Positions 1-20,254 of a DNA stretch of 64,000 nucleotides are shown here, in pieces. Made by a program: the position numbers and the translations under genes. This DNA is from Octopus vulgaris (taxonomy: Eukaryota). The stretch covers positions 3,472,001 through 3,536,000 of the forward strand of contig OX597832.1 in assembly GCA_951406725.2 (NCBI GenBank), in the 5' to 3' direction. Each line of letters opens with the position of its first letter. Within the stretch, counting starts at the first letter, position 1. Under the pieces are notes generated by a model. That model did no database searches. It worked only from the letters and a program-made list of their open reading frames with translations, and had not been told where the DNA came from.

Positions 1-49
1 CATAAGATTATCTGGCAATTTTATGTTCTTTAATTTAGTAAAACAATCC

Positions 50-186
50 TTTCAACTATAGACACAAGGTCTGAAATTTTTTTGGCAGGGGCTAGTTGAT
101 TGCATTGACTCCAGTATTTCACTGGTACCTAATTTATCCACCCCGAAAGGCAAAGTCAACTTTGGCAGAAGTTGAAGTCGGAATGT
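50..186 (-). mobile_element. Degenerate SINE fragment (family of 39747 and 50443)
   Basis: Aligns by eye to 50443-50578 (ggtac.taatttatc.accccgaaagg...aagtc.ac). CpGs have decayed to TpG/CpA. Confidence 0.75.
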
Positions 187-350
187 TTTAAGGAAATACT
201 CTGCTTATTGCCAATATGAGATTAATCGTTTAGAACTGAAATTACTCTATTAAATGTAATGCTTATATATTTACATTATTGTTAATTACTCGTGCATTGT
301 CTTGTAGCTTTGAGGAATGAAATTGTAGGGTAGGTCTAAGAAGCCAGATC

Positions 351-4644
<4,294 letters not shown>

Positions 4645-4672
4645 AAAAAAGCAACAAGAATGGATTAAAATC

Positions 4673-4756
4673 TCGGTACGATCGTTTCGTACGAGGACAT
4701 CTTTAATAAGCTACAAAAAATGCAGTGAATACAGATGGCTCGTACTCGTCAGCCGA
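4673..4756 (-). ncRNA. Type I hammerhead ribozyme motif with intact core (Penelope/retrozyme-like)
   Basis: Minus strand reads tcgg-CUGACGA-gtacgag...ctcgtac-GAAA-cgatcg-UA-ccga. Stem I is tcgg/ccga, stem II is 7 bp extended by catct/agatg, stem III is the palindrome ACGAUCGU, and the cleavage triplet is GUA. Confidence 0.8.
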
Positions 4757-5157
4757 AAAAATATCAGAGAATTCCCAAACATCAAAAGGGGTAGATATAA
4801 AAGAGGTTGTAGGATTAACTGCATTGAAGAAAGTTCGATTCATGGAGATCTGATGAAAGGTTTTAAACCTATAGAATTTATGCATGTCTACATATAGTTC
4901 ATATTGGATATTTGATCAAGTTGTATGAAGAAATTTTCGGATACAGACATGCAAAATTTCTGAAAATCCGAGTAAGAGGCAAAGTGACTGCCACATCATG
5001 TAGAGGAAAGTCTGAGTAAAAACATAGTGACTGTCATGTCGTGTAGAAGAACAGATTGTTATTGAAATTAACAAGAATCGCAGATAAGTTCGATTTTTTT
5101 GGAGATCTGATGAAAAAGACTTTTTCACTCGTCTATCCCCAGTTTCTGTATTGACCA

Positions 5158-5415
5158 CTAGATAAGGGATTGGGGGACCCTGTCAAAGGCTTTCTCTGAG
5201 TCAACAAAAGCTAAGTACAGAGATTTATCTTTGGCTCGGTATTTCTCCTGCAGTTGCCTTACCAGAAATATAGCATCAGTGGTGCTTCTGCCTGGCACAA
5301 AACCGAACTGCATCTCATCTAGTCTAACTCTCTCCCTAATTAGTTGGGCTATGACCCTCTGTGTAACTTTCATCACCTGATCCAATAATTGATAGTCCTG
5401 TAGTTATTTCTATCT
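5158..5415 (-). mobile_element. RTE-clade LINE reverse transcriptase fragment
   Basis: ORF DQVMKVTQRVIAQLIRERVRLDEMQFGFVPGRSTTDAIFLVRQLQEKY...LAFVDSEKAFDRVP carries non-LTR RT motifs (QxGF, FVDxxKAFD). The upstream DRNNYR is frameshifted. Confidence 0.93.
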
Positions 5416-5954
5416 ATGTTAAAAATAGTATCCAAGTTTTAAAACAGAAATATCTAGTATTATATTGGATAATGTAATACTAGAAGGTAGATACATGATG
5501 CCCTGTCCTAGAAAAAAAAAACACAGAATGGTCTCATTGTGTTTTTTAAATATCAACTATTTTCTGAATACCAAAGTAATCTGTGATAAGAAATATGAAT
5601 GCTTACAAACCAGTTGCATTCCCACTCAACAATATAAGATGATTTGCAATACTAGACCTGACTTAGAGAAATGAAATGTATTCAGAAATTTTACATGAGA
5701 TGTAATTACAACTAGACCTGTTATACTGATTCACTTTAAGACAAAGAATAATCATATCAAAATTCTGTTTAACTGCAGCTTAACATTCAACTCTAACAGA
5801 TTTGAAATTTTAAACCCTAATTCTTAGCATTTCATTATATAAAGGCATTTGAGGTTGTTTAACTGTTGGGCAGGGCGATGTCAAAGAACTTGGCAACACA
5901 AATAATTGCACTTCTATGTATTCAATATGAAACCTTAGGCTATTATTGTTTTAA

Positions 5955-6174
5955 CCCTTTAGCAATTAAACTGGCTATATCAAGCCCAAATATTCTACCT
6001 GTTTTATGTTCAAACTGACCAGATCCAGCCTCTCACACCTACCCTACAATGTCATTCTAAAAATAAACTATCATATCATTGAAATCTCAAAGCTACCAGA
6101 TAATGCATGATTCATTCAAAACAATGTAAATGAATAAGCAATACATTTGACAGAGTAATTTGAATGCTAAAAGG
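5955..6174. mobile_element. piggyBac-type MITE
   Basis: TTAA at 5951-5954 and 6175-6178 flanks imperfect TIRs CCCTTTAGCA.../...TGCTAAAAGG. Confidence 0.85.
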
Positions 6175-6593
6175 TTAAGTGTTTTGAACCTAAAATTTCT
6201 GAATTGAATGTGAGAGTTGTTGCACTTCTTCCATTTGTTAGATAATTAAATCTTTCCTTCTTTATTTCACTGGCTCAAAAGGTAAAATTAATATCTGTTG
6301 CATGTAAATTTAGAAAGATGAAACACTGGAATAGGTGCTGCAAGGTGCAAATGTTAGGATATTTTCTATGAGCTAGTCAAAAAGATCAATTTCATAGAAA
6401 AGTGTGCATGTGCGTGTGAACGTGTGTGTGTGTGTGTGCAGTTGTATTTGATTAAGTTAACTACAATATAATGCTAGAGTGCACCATCTGAGCGTGATCA
6501 GTGCCAGTGCGGCTAACTGGCTTCTTTTATATATATATATATATATATGTATGTATATGTATGTATATATATGTATGTATGTATATGTATATA

Positions 6594-6794
<201 letters not shown>

Positions 6795-6968
6795 GACCAA
6801 AGTGTAAGTATGCCGCTATATTTTATATATATATATTTATATATATACGCATATGTATATATATATATATATATATTTAGATATATATGCATATGTATAT
6901 ATGTATATACATGGCTATGCCCAGCATGGCCACAGCTCTGAGCTGAAATGAAAAAAAAAGGGAAAAGT

Positions 6969-7017
<49 letters not shown>

Positions 7018-7019
<2 letters not shown>

Positions 7020-7317
7020 AGGCGCAATGGCCTATTGGTTAGGGCAGCGGACTCGCGGTCGTAGGATCGTGGTTTCGATTCCCAGACCGGGCGTTGACAG
7101 TGTTTATTGAGCAAAAACACCTAAAGCTCCGCGAGGCTCTGGCAGGGGGTGGTGGTGATCCCTGCTGTACTCTTTTGCCATAACTTTCTCTCACTCTTTC
7201 TTCTGTTGGCCTGCTCGCTTAGGCAGCGGGGTGGCATCCTTTGAAGGCTAAAACAATGCGAAGCGTATTGTGACCAGCGATGTGTAACAATATGTGATAG
7301 CCTGGTTGGTCACGGTG

Positions 7318-7320
<3 letters not shown>
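7018..7320 (+). mobile_element. tRNA-derived SINE
   Basis: Pol III A-box (tggcctattggttag) and B-box (ggtttcgattcc). Head is nearly identical to the copies at 59476 (+) and 57859 (-). Confidence 0.9.
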
Positions 7321-11152
<3,832 letters not shown>

Positions 11153-11249
11153 AGAGGATGCGTAATTATTCATGGAGTTCGGCAAAAGATACTGACAAAA
11201 TATGTTCTAGGCTTACAAAGAATAAGACCTTATTATTATTTAACATCCA

Positions 11250-11782
11250 TGCTTGTATGTGTTGGATTGTTTGGCATGGAGCTAGTTAGCAGGGAGCTGT
11301 CCAGTCTGCAATTGTCTGTTGTTGCATGGTTTCTATGCCTGGATGCTCTTCTTAATACCAACTACATAGTGGTATGTGCTTGGTGCTTTTTACATGACAT
11401 CAGCATGGATGTGCTTATACAACACCAGCACAAGTGCATTTAACCAGCACTGGCATGGGTGTGTTAACACATCCCTGGTGTTGGTGCATTTTAAGTGGCA
11501 ATGGCACCTGAAAGTCAAGCCTATATTTGTGGAAGACAACAATTTTCCTTTGCTTGAAGCATCTTATTAAGTACAGCAAATCACCATATCTCTCCCACCC
11601 TGTGTCATATTGTCAGTGACGCCTGGTGTCCGAAGATCCTTTCTCACTATTTTGTCCCATGTCTTCCTGGTTATACCCCTTCCACAGGTTCCCTCCACAA
11701 TTAGAGCTCAGCACTACTTTACACAGCTGTCCTCATCCATACACATTACATAACCAAACCAGTGCAGTCATCTCTCTTGTAC
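11250..11782 (-). mobile_element. RTE LINE 3' end (decayed C-terminus plus 3' UTR)
   Basis: Minus translation VQER*LHWFGYVMCMDEDSCVK*C*ALIVEGTCGRGITRKTWD matches the RTE LRWFGHV...GRPRKTW region. The tail matches the ggatgccctt.ct.a.gccaac family. Confidence 0.85.
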
Positions 11783-13037
11783 GTGGCAAGTTTAGAAATC
11801 AATATTTATCTCATTTTTATAAATGAATGAATGAATTAAGCTATTCAGTGGGGTTCCTTAGTTCTTTAGCTTTTTAGTTTGTTTTAACCATTATAGCTAA
11901 GCCTGCACTGGAGCATAGGGGTGGGACATGTTTTGAAAAGATGATTTAATGTGGTTTCTTTTTCACTTTCACACCAAAAAAGAGGCAAATCATGAAAGTT
12001 AAATAAACTTTGGTTTAATTCAACTGCAACATATGACATTTTTTTTGTCTGTGATAGTTATTGCCTTCCAGTACTTTACCATCCCCTACCCCAAAAATAA
12101 AGAAAGAAAGAAACTACACAGGATAATTACCTTGTATGTTACACACTTACGGTGCGTAAATCTGATTCAACCTAGAGCACATATACTGTCTTCCCTTGAC
12201 TTAGAATCATATTTCCACCCTGAAAACAACAAGAACAATACACAACATGTAAATGATATGAGAAAAATAGAAAATTGCAAGGAAATGAAACAAATTGGTA
12301 AAGTAGTTTTCAGGCTGTGAGAGTAGTTTTGAAATGTGTTGTATGTTTTTCCAAGCTGTGCTTGAGAATATTTATATATTGTTTGTGCTGTGAGCAAAAA
12401 TATTTGGTTCTAAATGAATAACAAACAGAAAAATGGAAACAGCAGAATAAAATAATTTTGAAATTTTTTATAGTGATATTCATCTTTTTAGTTGAATTTT
12501 GTAATAAGCTAATAATTTGTAGGAATTTTATCAGCTAAATTACTTTATCTCAAATAAATGTTTGTAATATACAGAGAAAAGATTCTTTATAACTGCCATG
12601 GAAAAATTTTTATGGATATAATCACAATATAATCTGTACTATAACAGTTTTTTTCAGTTTGTTCTTGTTATTAGCAGTGCCGGCATCCAAGCCATTACTG
12701 AGTTTGTTTAGGTATATCTGTCATACAACACACACATTGTGGAGTTGATAAGTTGTAACTGTCAGTTTAAAATAAGTAGGTTTCATCAAGGAAATACATT
12801 TTATTCAGGAATACAATTTTGTTTAGAAATATGTAGTTTCTCATAATATAAATTTTGAACTAGGTCAGAAATGTGAATGTTAGATATTGATTCTGTATGG
12901 CCATTTGCATAAACCTATTTGTAAATAAGTGTATACAATCACTACAAAAATCGCAAACATGCCCCTCAAACAAAACACACACATACACGTATGTATAATT
13001 ATATGTGTGTGTATGTATGTATCTGTGTGTGTGTGTG

Positions 13038-13179
13038 TTTATAATTATGTCTTTTTAAAAGCCAAAATAATGCAATTTATAAAAATAAAATAAGTTGATA
13101 TTGAACTTGACAAATCTATCAGTCTGTTTTATTTTTATAAATTGCCATTATTTTAGCTTTTAAAAAATTTAATTATAAA
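13038..13179. repeat. AT-rich palindromic hairpin element (MITE-like)
   Basis: ~62-bp imperfect arms, including gcaatttataaaaataaaa / ttttatttttataaattgc. Confidence 0.75.
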
Positions 13180-13309
13180 TATTTATATATATATGAGACA
13201 GTGCTTCATGAAAATATACTACTCTAATATATATGCATAGATGTGTGTCCCCATGATAGATCGTTAGCCACTACACACATTTTTTTCTCTCCTTGTTTTT
13301 TCTGTGTAC

Positions 13310-13345
13310 CTTTCTGTAGAAGAGCGTAGGCTCAAAATGTAAAAG
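13310..13345 (+). other. Decayed minimal hammerhead motif in a Penelope-like terminal relic
   Basis: cttt-CTGTAGA-a-gagc-gtag-gctc-AAAA-tg-TA-aaag. Stems I and II are intact, but the core has A6>U and GAAAcg>AAAAtg. Confidence 0.55.
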
Positions 13346-13440
13346 ACTTTTTCTATTCCTGATAGACTTTTTCTATTACTAATACATCTGCTTGTTTTGT
13401 ATACCACCTGTGTTTGTCTTTTGTTTTTTTCGTAAACTTT

Positions 13441-13490
<50 letters not shown>

Positions 13491-15647
13491 GTATATATAC
13501 ATATTTATATTTATCATGCCACAAGGGACAACTGGAGTCTGGACAAGTCCCCAGCTTGTCAAAGGGTCTTCATAAAGAATCAATGCATATCAACTATTTT
13601 ATTATTTGGTATGATGTAGCTATGATACAATTGATTTCTATAGTTTCTATCCTTTATATTCATAAACTGCAAGTCTCTGTAACTTATTCCTGACAGTTTT
13701 ATTTCCCATTTCTTGAGTCTTCACAAGGAAGTATTTTAAAAGTTCTAGTCAACACTTAGAGAACTCTTTTAAGGAAACTTAGTTTGCTCTCTTAGTATTT
13801 CAACTGTGTGCAATATTTCTGTCTACATACCATAATATGGAATAGATATATGTGGTATGGTATGCTTATTCAGCTTCAAGAACATGATCAACAAAGCCAT
13901 CTTTCTGACAATATTTGATGTCAAATCTTTATTCTGCATCTGTTATTGTTATTTCAATAAATTCATTTATAATCTTAAATATCTGTATAAATTTTTCAGT
14001 TAAGTAAAATTGAAAGATACCAGTAGTTCAATAGAGTTAGGTGGTTGAATTCTAAGACTAGAATAAAGCTATGTTTTCACAGCATAGCTGTAGATAGACA
14101 AACTTATTACTATACTCTCTATATAAAATATTCATAATACTAATGAATATTCCATGGATGCTTGTTTCAATAGCTGATGGTTACAATTTTTAAAGATCAA
14201 AGCTTAATTTCAAGCAATAAGTATTAAATACTTAATTATAGGTTCTTCAAACAGAAAGCACGTTTTACAATTTTTACAATTGGCAAGTTTTACAATTTTA
14301 TTATTTTCATTTACTTGATTAGTGAATTATTTTCATATTAACAAAAAGCAAAATTATATTTATTATTCTAAGGTTTTGGTAGTTCTGTAGAGGTCTAATC
14401 AAACTAGAATATTTCTAGGGTTGTCACCACAGTTACCAAAGATCTGACTTACTCCTATAACTCTCCATTTAATTTTTAGGCTATGAAAATTTTGAGTCCT
14501 TCCCCATGCAGAAAATTATGCTTTGAAAGTAATTTCTATTAAGGATGCTTCATATCTTTACAGTTGACTAATTTTTTTAATGGTAGCTCACTACTCCATA
14601 AAGAATAGATGCATATGGAATAAGAACTATAATAAAGTTTCTTCTGGTGCTATAGAGAAGGCTTAACTGGATTTGTCTTTTGCATATAAGTACAGCGTTC
14701 TTACTTTGTTGTTAATTTAATATATCAGTATACTTTATGCATTTTGAGAAGAAAACTAATTCAAAACAAAAAACAAAAACAATGTTTTCAGAATTTATCT
14801 AAAACGTCCTAATACTTCACAGTTACATCCAAATACTGTGATAGAGAAAAAGTCGTGGGTATACTGAAATCAAGAAAAATAGAGCCTGTTGTTGTTAGCT
14901 TATTTGAATACATAGTCAGTCAGTCAATCACACATCTCTCAAATTTCTTACAGCTTTTTCTCAGAATTAGCAAACAAGTCTAAATTAGATTTATCCTTTC
15001 TCTACCAGCTCATTATCTTTCACAGAGTAGCTTTGTCTTATTTTTTTTTTTTGTAGGAAAAAAATATAGTTAAGATATAACTGTTTTCCTGCATTCCAAA
15101 CTTTCTGCTTATCCTAGTTCTCTTTACTTAGTCATATAGGCTGGAGACATCTAAAATGAAAATATTTCATCTGCTTCTCCAAGTGCTGGTTGGTTTCTCT
15201 GTAGAACAGTTTGGTAGTTTGGCTTAACAAGCAGGTTATTCATTGACTGATCACTTGTACACATCATTAACACCACACACAAAAGATATGAAAATGAAAA
15301 GAAAATAATCCACATCAAGTCTGTATAAAAAATAAAAGTTATTCTATGTGGTTGAGCTAGAAAAATATAAATATTTATGAGCATGTATCCAAGTTTAATG
15401 TCTTACCATCTTGAAGCCTATCATATTTATTCTGACTGACGATGACCTGGAAACCTCTTAGAGGCTTGGGTATAACAAGGTTCAATAAGAAACAAATCAA
15501 ATTTTTTTTCCATAGCTTAAACAAATTTTTCTTCTTTTATTAGACTATAAATGTAGTTATAATAATACTAAGCCTATGTTATTAAATATTTAATAGAAAA
15601 ATTATCTTTTTAGATGCTTATGCAGTATACAAAAGTATGTTTATTCA

Positions 15648-15684
<37 letters not shown>

Positions 15685-15890
15685 GGTTTGTGGTAAGATA
15701 TTACCGGCATTTAATAGTTGGTCAGGAAGGAGTTTAGGTGAGTATGGAGCTACTCCTTTATCACCACTATTATTATGCCTATTCTAGCTTGGGTGGTAGC
15801 TATGGGCCCCAGTTATAGGTCAAATCACAGAAGTTTGTTTCATGGTTAAGGCATACAGGGTATTGAGGAGAACTGGCCCCTTACACAGAA

Positions 15891-15948
15891 AAATCCATGA
15901 TGTACTGATTGCACAATAGGTGAACCATGATACGGCGAGGGATTACTG
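15891..15948 (-). mobile_element. Terminal fragment of pogo/Tigger-like MITE (family of 61774)
   Basis: Reverse complement cagtaatccctcgccgtatcatggttcac...tcagtacatca matches the start of 61774-62207. Confidence 0.65.
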
Positions 15949-15959
15949 TGTGTGTATAT

Positions 15960-16385
15960 AAAACAAAAAATGGAACAAAAACGTAACAGGCGACAACAAA
16001 ACATCTAGACAGTTAGACGATACAAAAAAGGACAGGAAAAAACAAGGACGGGTCATTTGGAGCTTCCTATCATCAGTCGAGTTCCAGATCATCTTAGCAC
16101 TATCGACTGGTTACACTTGAGACTGCTCCAATCTGGCCAGCCCCAAGAAAATCTAAGCTAAGAGCACTAGATTCCTCAGAAGAAAGCAAGTGAATGTATA
16201 CAAAAACAAGGACCCAAAAAACAGAGAAATGGTACACAATTACAAATACAAACAACAGGTGTCTTTCAACTAAGGATGAATTAAATTAAGCTGGTGTGTG
16301 TGGAGATGAAGCCTTATTGCAGGGACATAAGAGATGAATGTCATGGGAAGGAATATAAGAGATGCTACACGGATGGTAGTCAGTA
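15960..16385. repeat. Dispersed repeat, partly duplicated at 28955-29146
   Basis: Shared aaaacat..agacagttag...aaaacaagga.gggtcatt...tcagtcgagttccagat...ctccaatct. Confidence 0.7.
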
Positions 16386-16454
16386 CATTCATTAATAGAG
16401 CCACAATTTAAGATGTTCATCATTGAATACAAAAAATGAGTGAAAACATATCTG

Positions 16455-16489
<35 letters not shown>

Positions 16490-17500
16490 TTGTGTGTGTG
16501 TGTGGAGATAGATAGATATAAATGAAAATGCACAAGTAACACATGTAGGAGTATGAAACAAGAGGAGAAAAAATAATATACAGAATCAGTGTGTAAAACT
16601 TCATTGAAAGAGTATAGAAATAAAGAGTGAAAACACAGCAATGAAAGTATATACACCATTGGAAGAAGTAGAAGAGAATGTAATGATTTGGGTGATATTC
16701 TTTGCAAAGAGAAGCAAAATAGTTAAAAGGATTAAGAGATGCAAGAGAAAAAGAAAACATCAAATTTTAAATGTCTGTTTATTTCTCAGGTCTAATATAA
16801 AATGGAAACTGAAGAGCGGGATAGAAGAAATGTAAATAGAGACATTATCTGGGCCAGAGCAAAAGTAGGGAGAGGGATAGAGAGAGTGCGAAAGAGTAAA
16901 AGAAAGTAGTGAGAGACAGAGGGGGTAGGGAGCAAAAAACAGAAGATGGAGAGAACTAGTAATGGAAAGGAGGTGAGAGGGGAGTGGAGAACTCATAAGG
17001 CCAGTGTTTGTGTGTGTGTGTGCACAAGGAAGCATAGATAAATGTGCACTGTTTTAATTTGTACAGAGGTTAGATAGTATTATTGTATGGAAAGGTATAT
17101 AAAGTACATCCCTCAAGGCATGCAATAGTCATTCTTATAATTTATTACATTTTTCTAACAATATAAATGTATATTCATATACATATATATAGAGAGACAC
17201 CTATATATATCATGCATATACATGTATACAAGCACACACAACACACATGTGCACTCTAATAGTGTGTGTGTGTGTGTGTGTGTGTGTGTTTATGTATACA
17301 TATATAGTTAATTAAAATTCAGGTAAAAATCTTGTAGAATGCTATGCAAAGCTCATCCAGAGTCATTGACTATCTGATTTCATCATATGCAGTGGAAACA
17401 CTCCTGCATCTGGATATATACATCAGGAATGCCATAATATCTGTAGAAAGAAATAGATAAATGATAGAAAATGGAATGAACAACATTTTTTTAATCTAAA

Positions 17501-17596
17501 ATCACTACAATTGTTTTGTCACATTTTATCACTTGTAGAGATACTGTGTAATTATTATCATACATCTGAGATGTAAAATGCACCTCCTCAGGTGAT
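17501..17596 (-). other. Decayed type I hammerhead with long stem II
   Basis: Minus strand reads atcac-CUGAGGA-ggtgcatttta...taaaatgtgac-AAAA-caattg-UA-gtgat. Stem I is 5 bp, stem III is palindromic, and G12>A sits at a former CpG. Confidence 0.65.
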
Positions 17597-19940
17597 CATT
17601 TAAATAAGTCAGTGTGAGAATGCATACCCAAAGTGATGTGTCATTTTCAACAGTTTACAAACAAAAGTAAACCCATGGATATGAGTATAGGTATTAGTAT
17701 AGGTTTAGATTTATGGTTAAGGAATTCACTTTGACAAAATTCTGAATTTCTTATGACAATGAGACAATCCATTATGTTTAAGAATTTTCAGGTTGCTTTT
17801 GCCATAAGTTCATCATATAATACCTTACTTATATATAGAATTTACTTTAAATTAATTTCTCTCAATTATTAAATGTGGTGTGTTGTGATGTGAGATTTTA
17901 ATTATTAAAAGTCCTTTCATTTTCATTGGAAAATTGAATTATATTTTATGTAGCTCCTTGCAAAATATTGGAACAGTGTCAAAAGATCAGGAACTTTTGA
18001 CTATTATCATCATCTTATTTTTGCTTTGTATTTATTAAATTTCTTCAGATAATGGAATCCTCAGCTAAAATTCTCTGAGACATTTTCTATCAGTGAGTTG
18101 TTGCAAAAGTCTCATCCAATCTCTTGGCAGTCTTACAGAATTTCACTAATTTCTGCGCAGTTATAAAAGATGTTATTTTCAGTTTTTCTTTACTTTGTTA
18201 CTAGGGCTATTTACTAATTTTACAAAAATAGATCTTTGTCTCTATAAACATTTGACTTTTTTGTTCTTTGGTATTATTGTGTTCTTGCTTCTCCCACATT
18301 GTTGGTAACGAAATATTTCTCTGAATACAATCATTAGAAAACAATCTGTTATAAATTCTACTTTTTCTATTGTTGCTTGCTTATAACCAGCTGTGTTACA
18401 TTGAGCCAATAAGAATTTTGTCTGCTTTCTGAAACTTATAAAATTTTTTTGGATAGTTTTGAGTTACTTATTTTTATCAATTTATGTAGTCTGTTATTCT
18501 GTTTCTGGTTTCAATCTTTTAACTATGGCCATACTGAGGTACCACCTTCAATTCTATTTAATTCATCATGTACTCATTTTAGTCTGGTACTTATATTGAT
18601 CTTTATTTATCATAAGGGCATGCACCTCAATACACAAATTTACTCCATACACACACACACACATGCATACACACACATGCAAGCATACACACACATGCAT
18701 GCACACACACGTGCACATGTATGCACACACATACACAAGAGCATCATCATCAGAAAGTAATACTTTGAACAAGCCCTTCTTCCAGAACTATAAATGTCTG
18801 GAGACCCTGCCCTCTATACACTTAATGCTCTAGATTTAAAGAAAACATCCATTGTACCAAAATATAATTGCATTCTTATGCCTAGTTATTCTATGTCTTA
18901 GTGAGTCAAGTTCTTTTTTAGTGTTTCATAAAATTTATTTCACTTTACTAATATATCTGCTTCAAAAAAAAAAAAAATGTATTTAGAATAAATTATGAAG
19001 ATTATGTTGTTATAGCTAGAATAAGTCTGCAGATATTCATACTTGCATTTAAAATACTCCATTACTTCTTCAGGCTGTAATTAGAACTGAATATATCACA
19101 CTATGACAGCTGTATTTTAAGATTATTCTGTGCTCTCACTTGTCTCCTGTAGCAGTAACTTGCCTGATTTGTAATGAGAGTGATAGGCTTATTAGTATCA
19201 AACTACCAATACTTCTTCCTGTTTTATAAGCTTATATTTTCACATTAATCCTTTTTGGAGTCTGGAATGTTTCCTTAGACTGGATGCCAAAGATAAGGAA
19301 GTGAAAGGTCAAGTTCAGACAAACATTACAAGGGAAACAGTTGGCTTCTTCAGTTACTTACCATCTCACCAAATATTCTGTATTTGCTGATGAAGGCGGT
19401 TATCAAGAGAAACTATTCAACAAAGCCTGTTCTATTTATGGATTGGCACCAATGCTACATCTTCTTTCAAATAGTTATTACACAACAGTTCATATTACAT
19501 CACCCCAACTTTTGCCTTTTTTAAAGTTAACAAATAAAACTTTCCCTTCAGCTTACATGTTCTTTTAAGTTTTCAGTTAAAAAAATGTTTTGTTTAAAGT
19601 GTTACTTTAAATAACATATTGTCTGAAACAGATTATAGAGATATGTCTGCCATCCCTGGCTCTAATGTGTAGACATTTAAACAGACTTAGTTTTTTTTTT
19701 TTCTTAGGTGTCTATAAGCTTGTTTCAGACACTTTCACACATACACTGACACCCACACACACACACGCATGCACGCACACAAAGAGTAGCCAAGTTATCA
19801 TCATATCATATGCTGTTTTAGAAAAGAGAAGGAGACATTGAGTAGTGAAAGTAGTCCCTAGATATATTATACCTGAAAAAGAGATAGGAATGTCTGCTCA
19901 ATCAGGGCTCACCTTAGGTTAAACAACAGTCACTCTAAGG

Positions 19941-20254
19941 CAGTGATTCTCAATATGGGGCACATGCCCCACTGGTGGGGTTTGGAAAAATTCTAGTGAG
20001 GTGTGGTGCTATAGTCACCAAGCACATGGTTCTCATTAAAGTGTTTCACTTGTTTTATTTTTCTTAGTCAATAATGTACTTTTGTTTTTGTACTCAGTAC
20101 CTAATAAAAGAGTTACTGGTAAATTATTTTGCATTAAAGGATTGTGATAAAATATTTAAAATAAACTTGTTTTTTTTTCCAAGCATCAGTGGGGCATATA
20201 TTTTTCCCCAAAGTTATAGTGGTGTCTAGGGAAAAAATAGGATTGGAAACACTG
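19941..20254. mobile_element. hAT (Charlie-like) MITE
   Basis: CAGTGATTCTCAA ... TTGGAAACACTG termini with 8-bp TSD ctctaagg/ccctaagg. Confidence 0.8.

Noticed and set aside
4849-4965. Plus-strand CTGATGA...GAAA as a hammerhead
   Set aside because: Stem II does not start at the core, and there is no stem III or UH site.
16045-16080. Minus-strand CTGATGA/CTGAGGA motif (also at 29060-29090)
   Set aside because: GAAA and the UH site are missing in both copies.
19388-19420. CTGATGA...GAAACTATTC
   Set aside because: Stems II and III do not pair.
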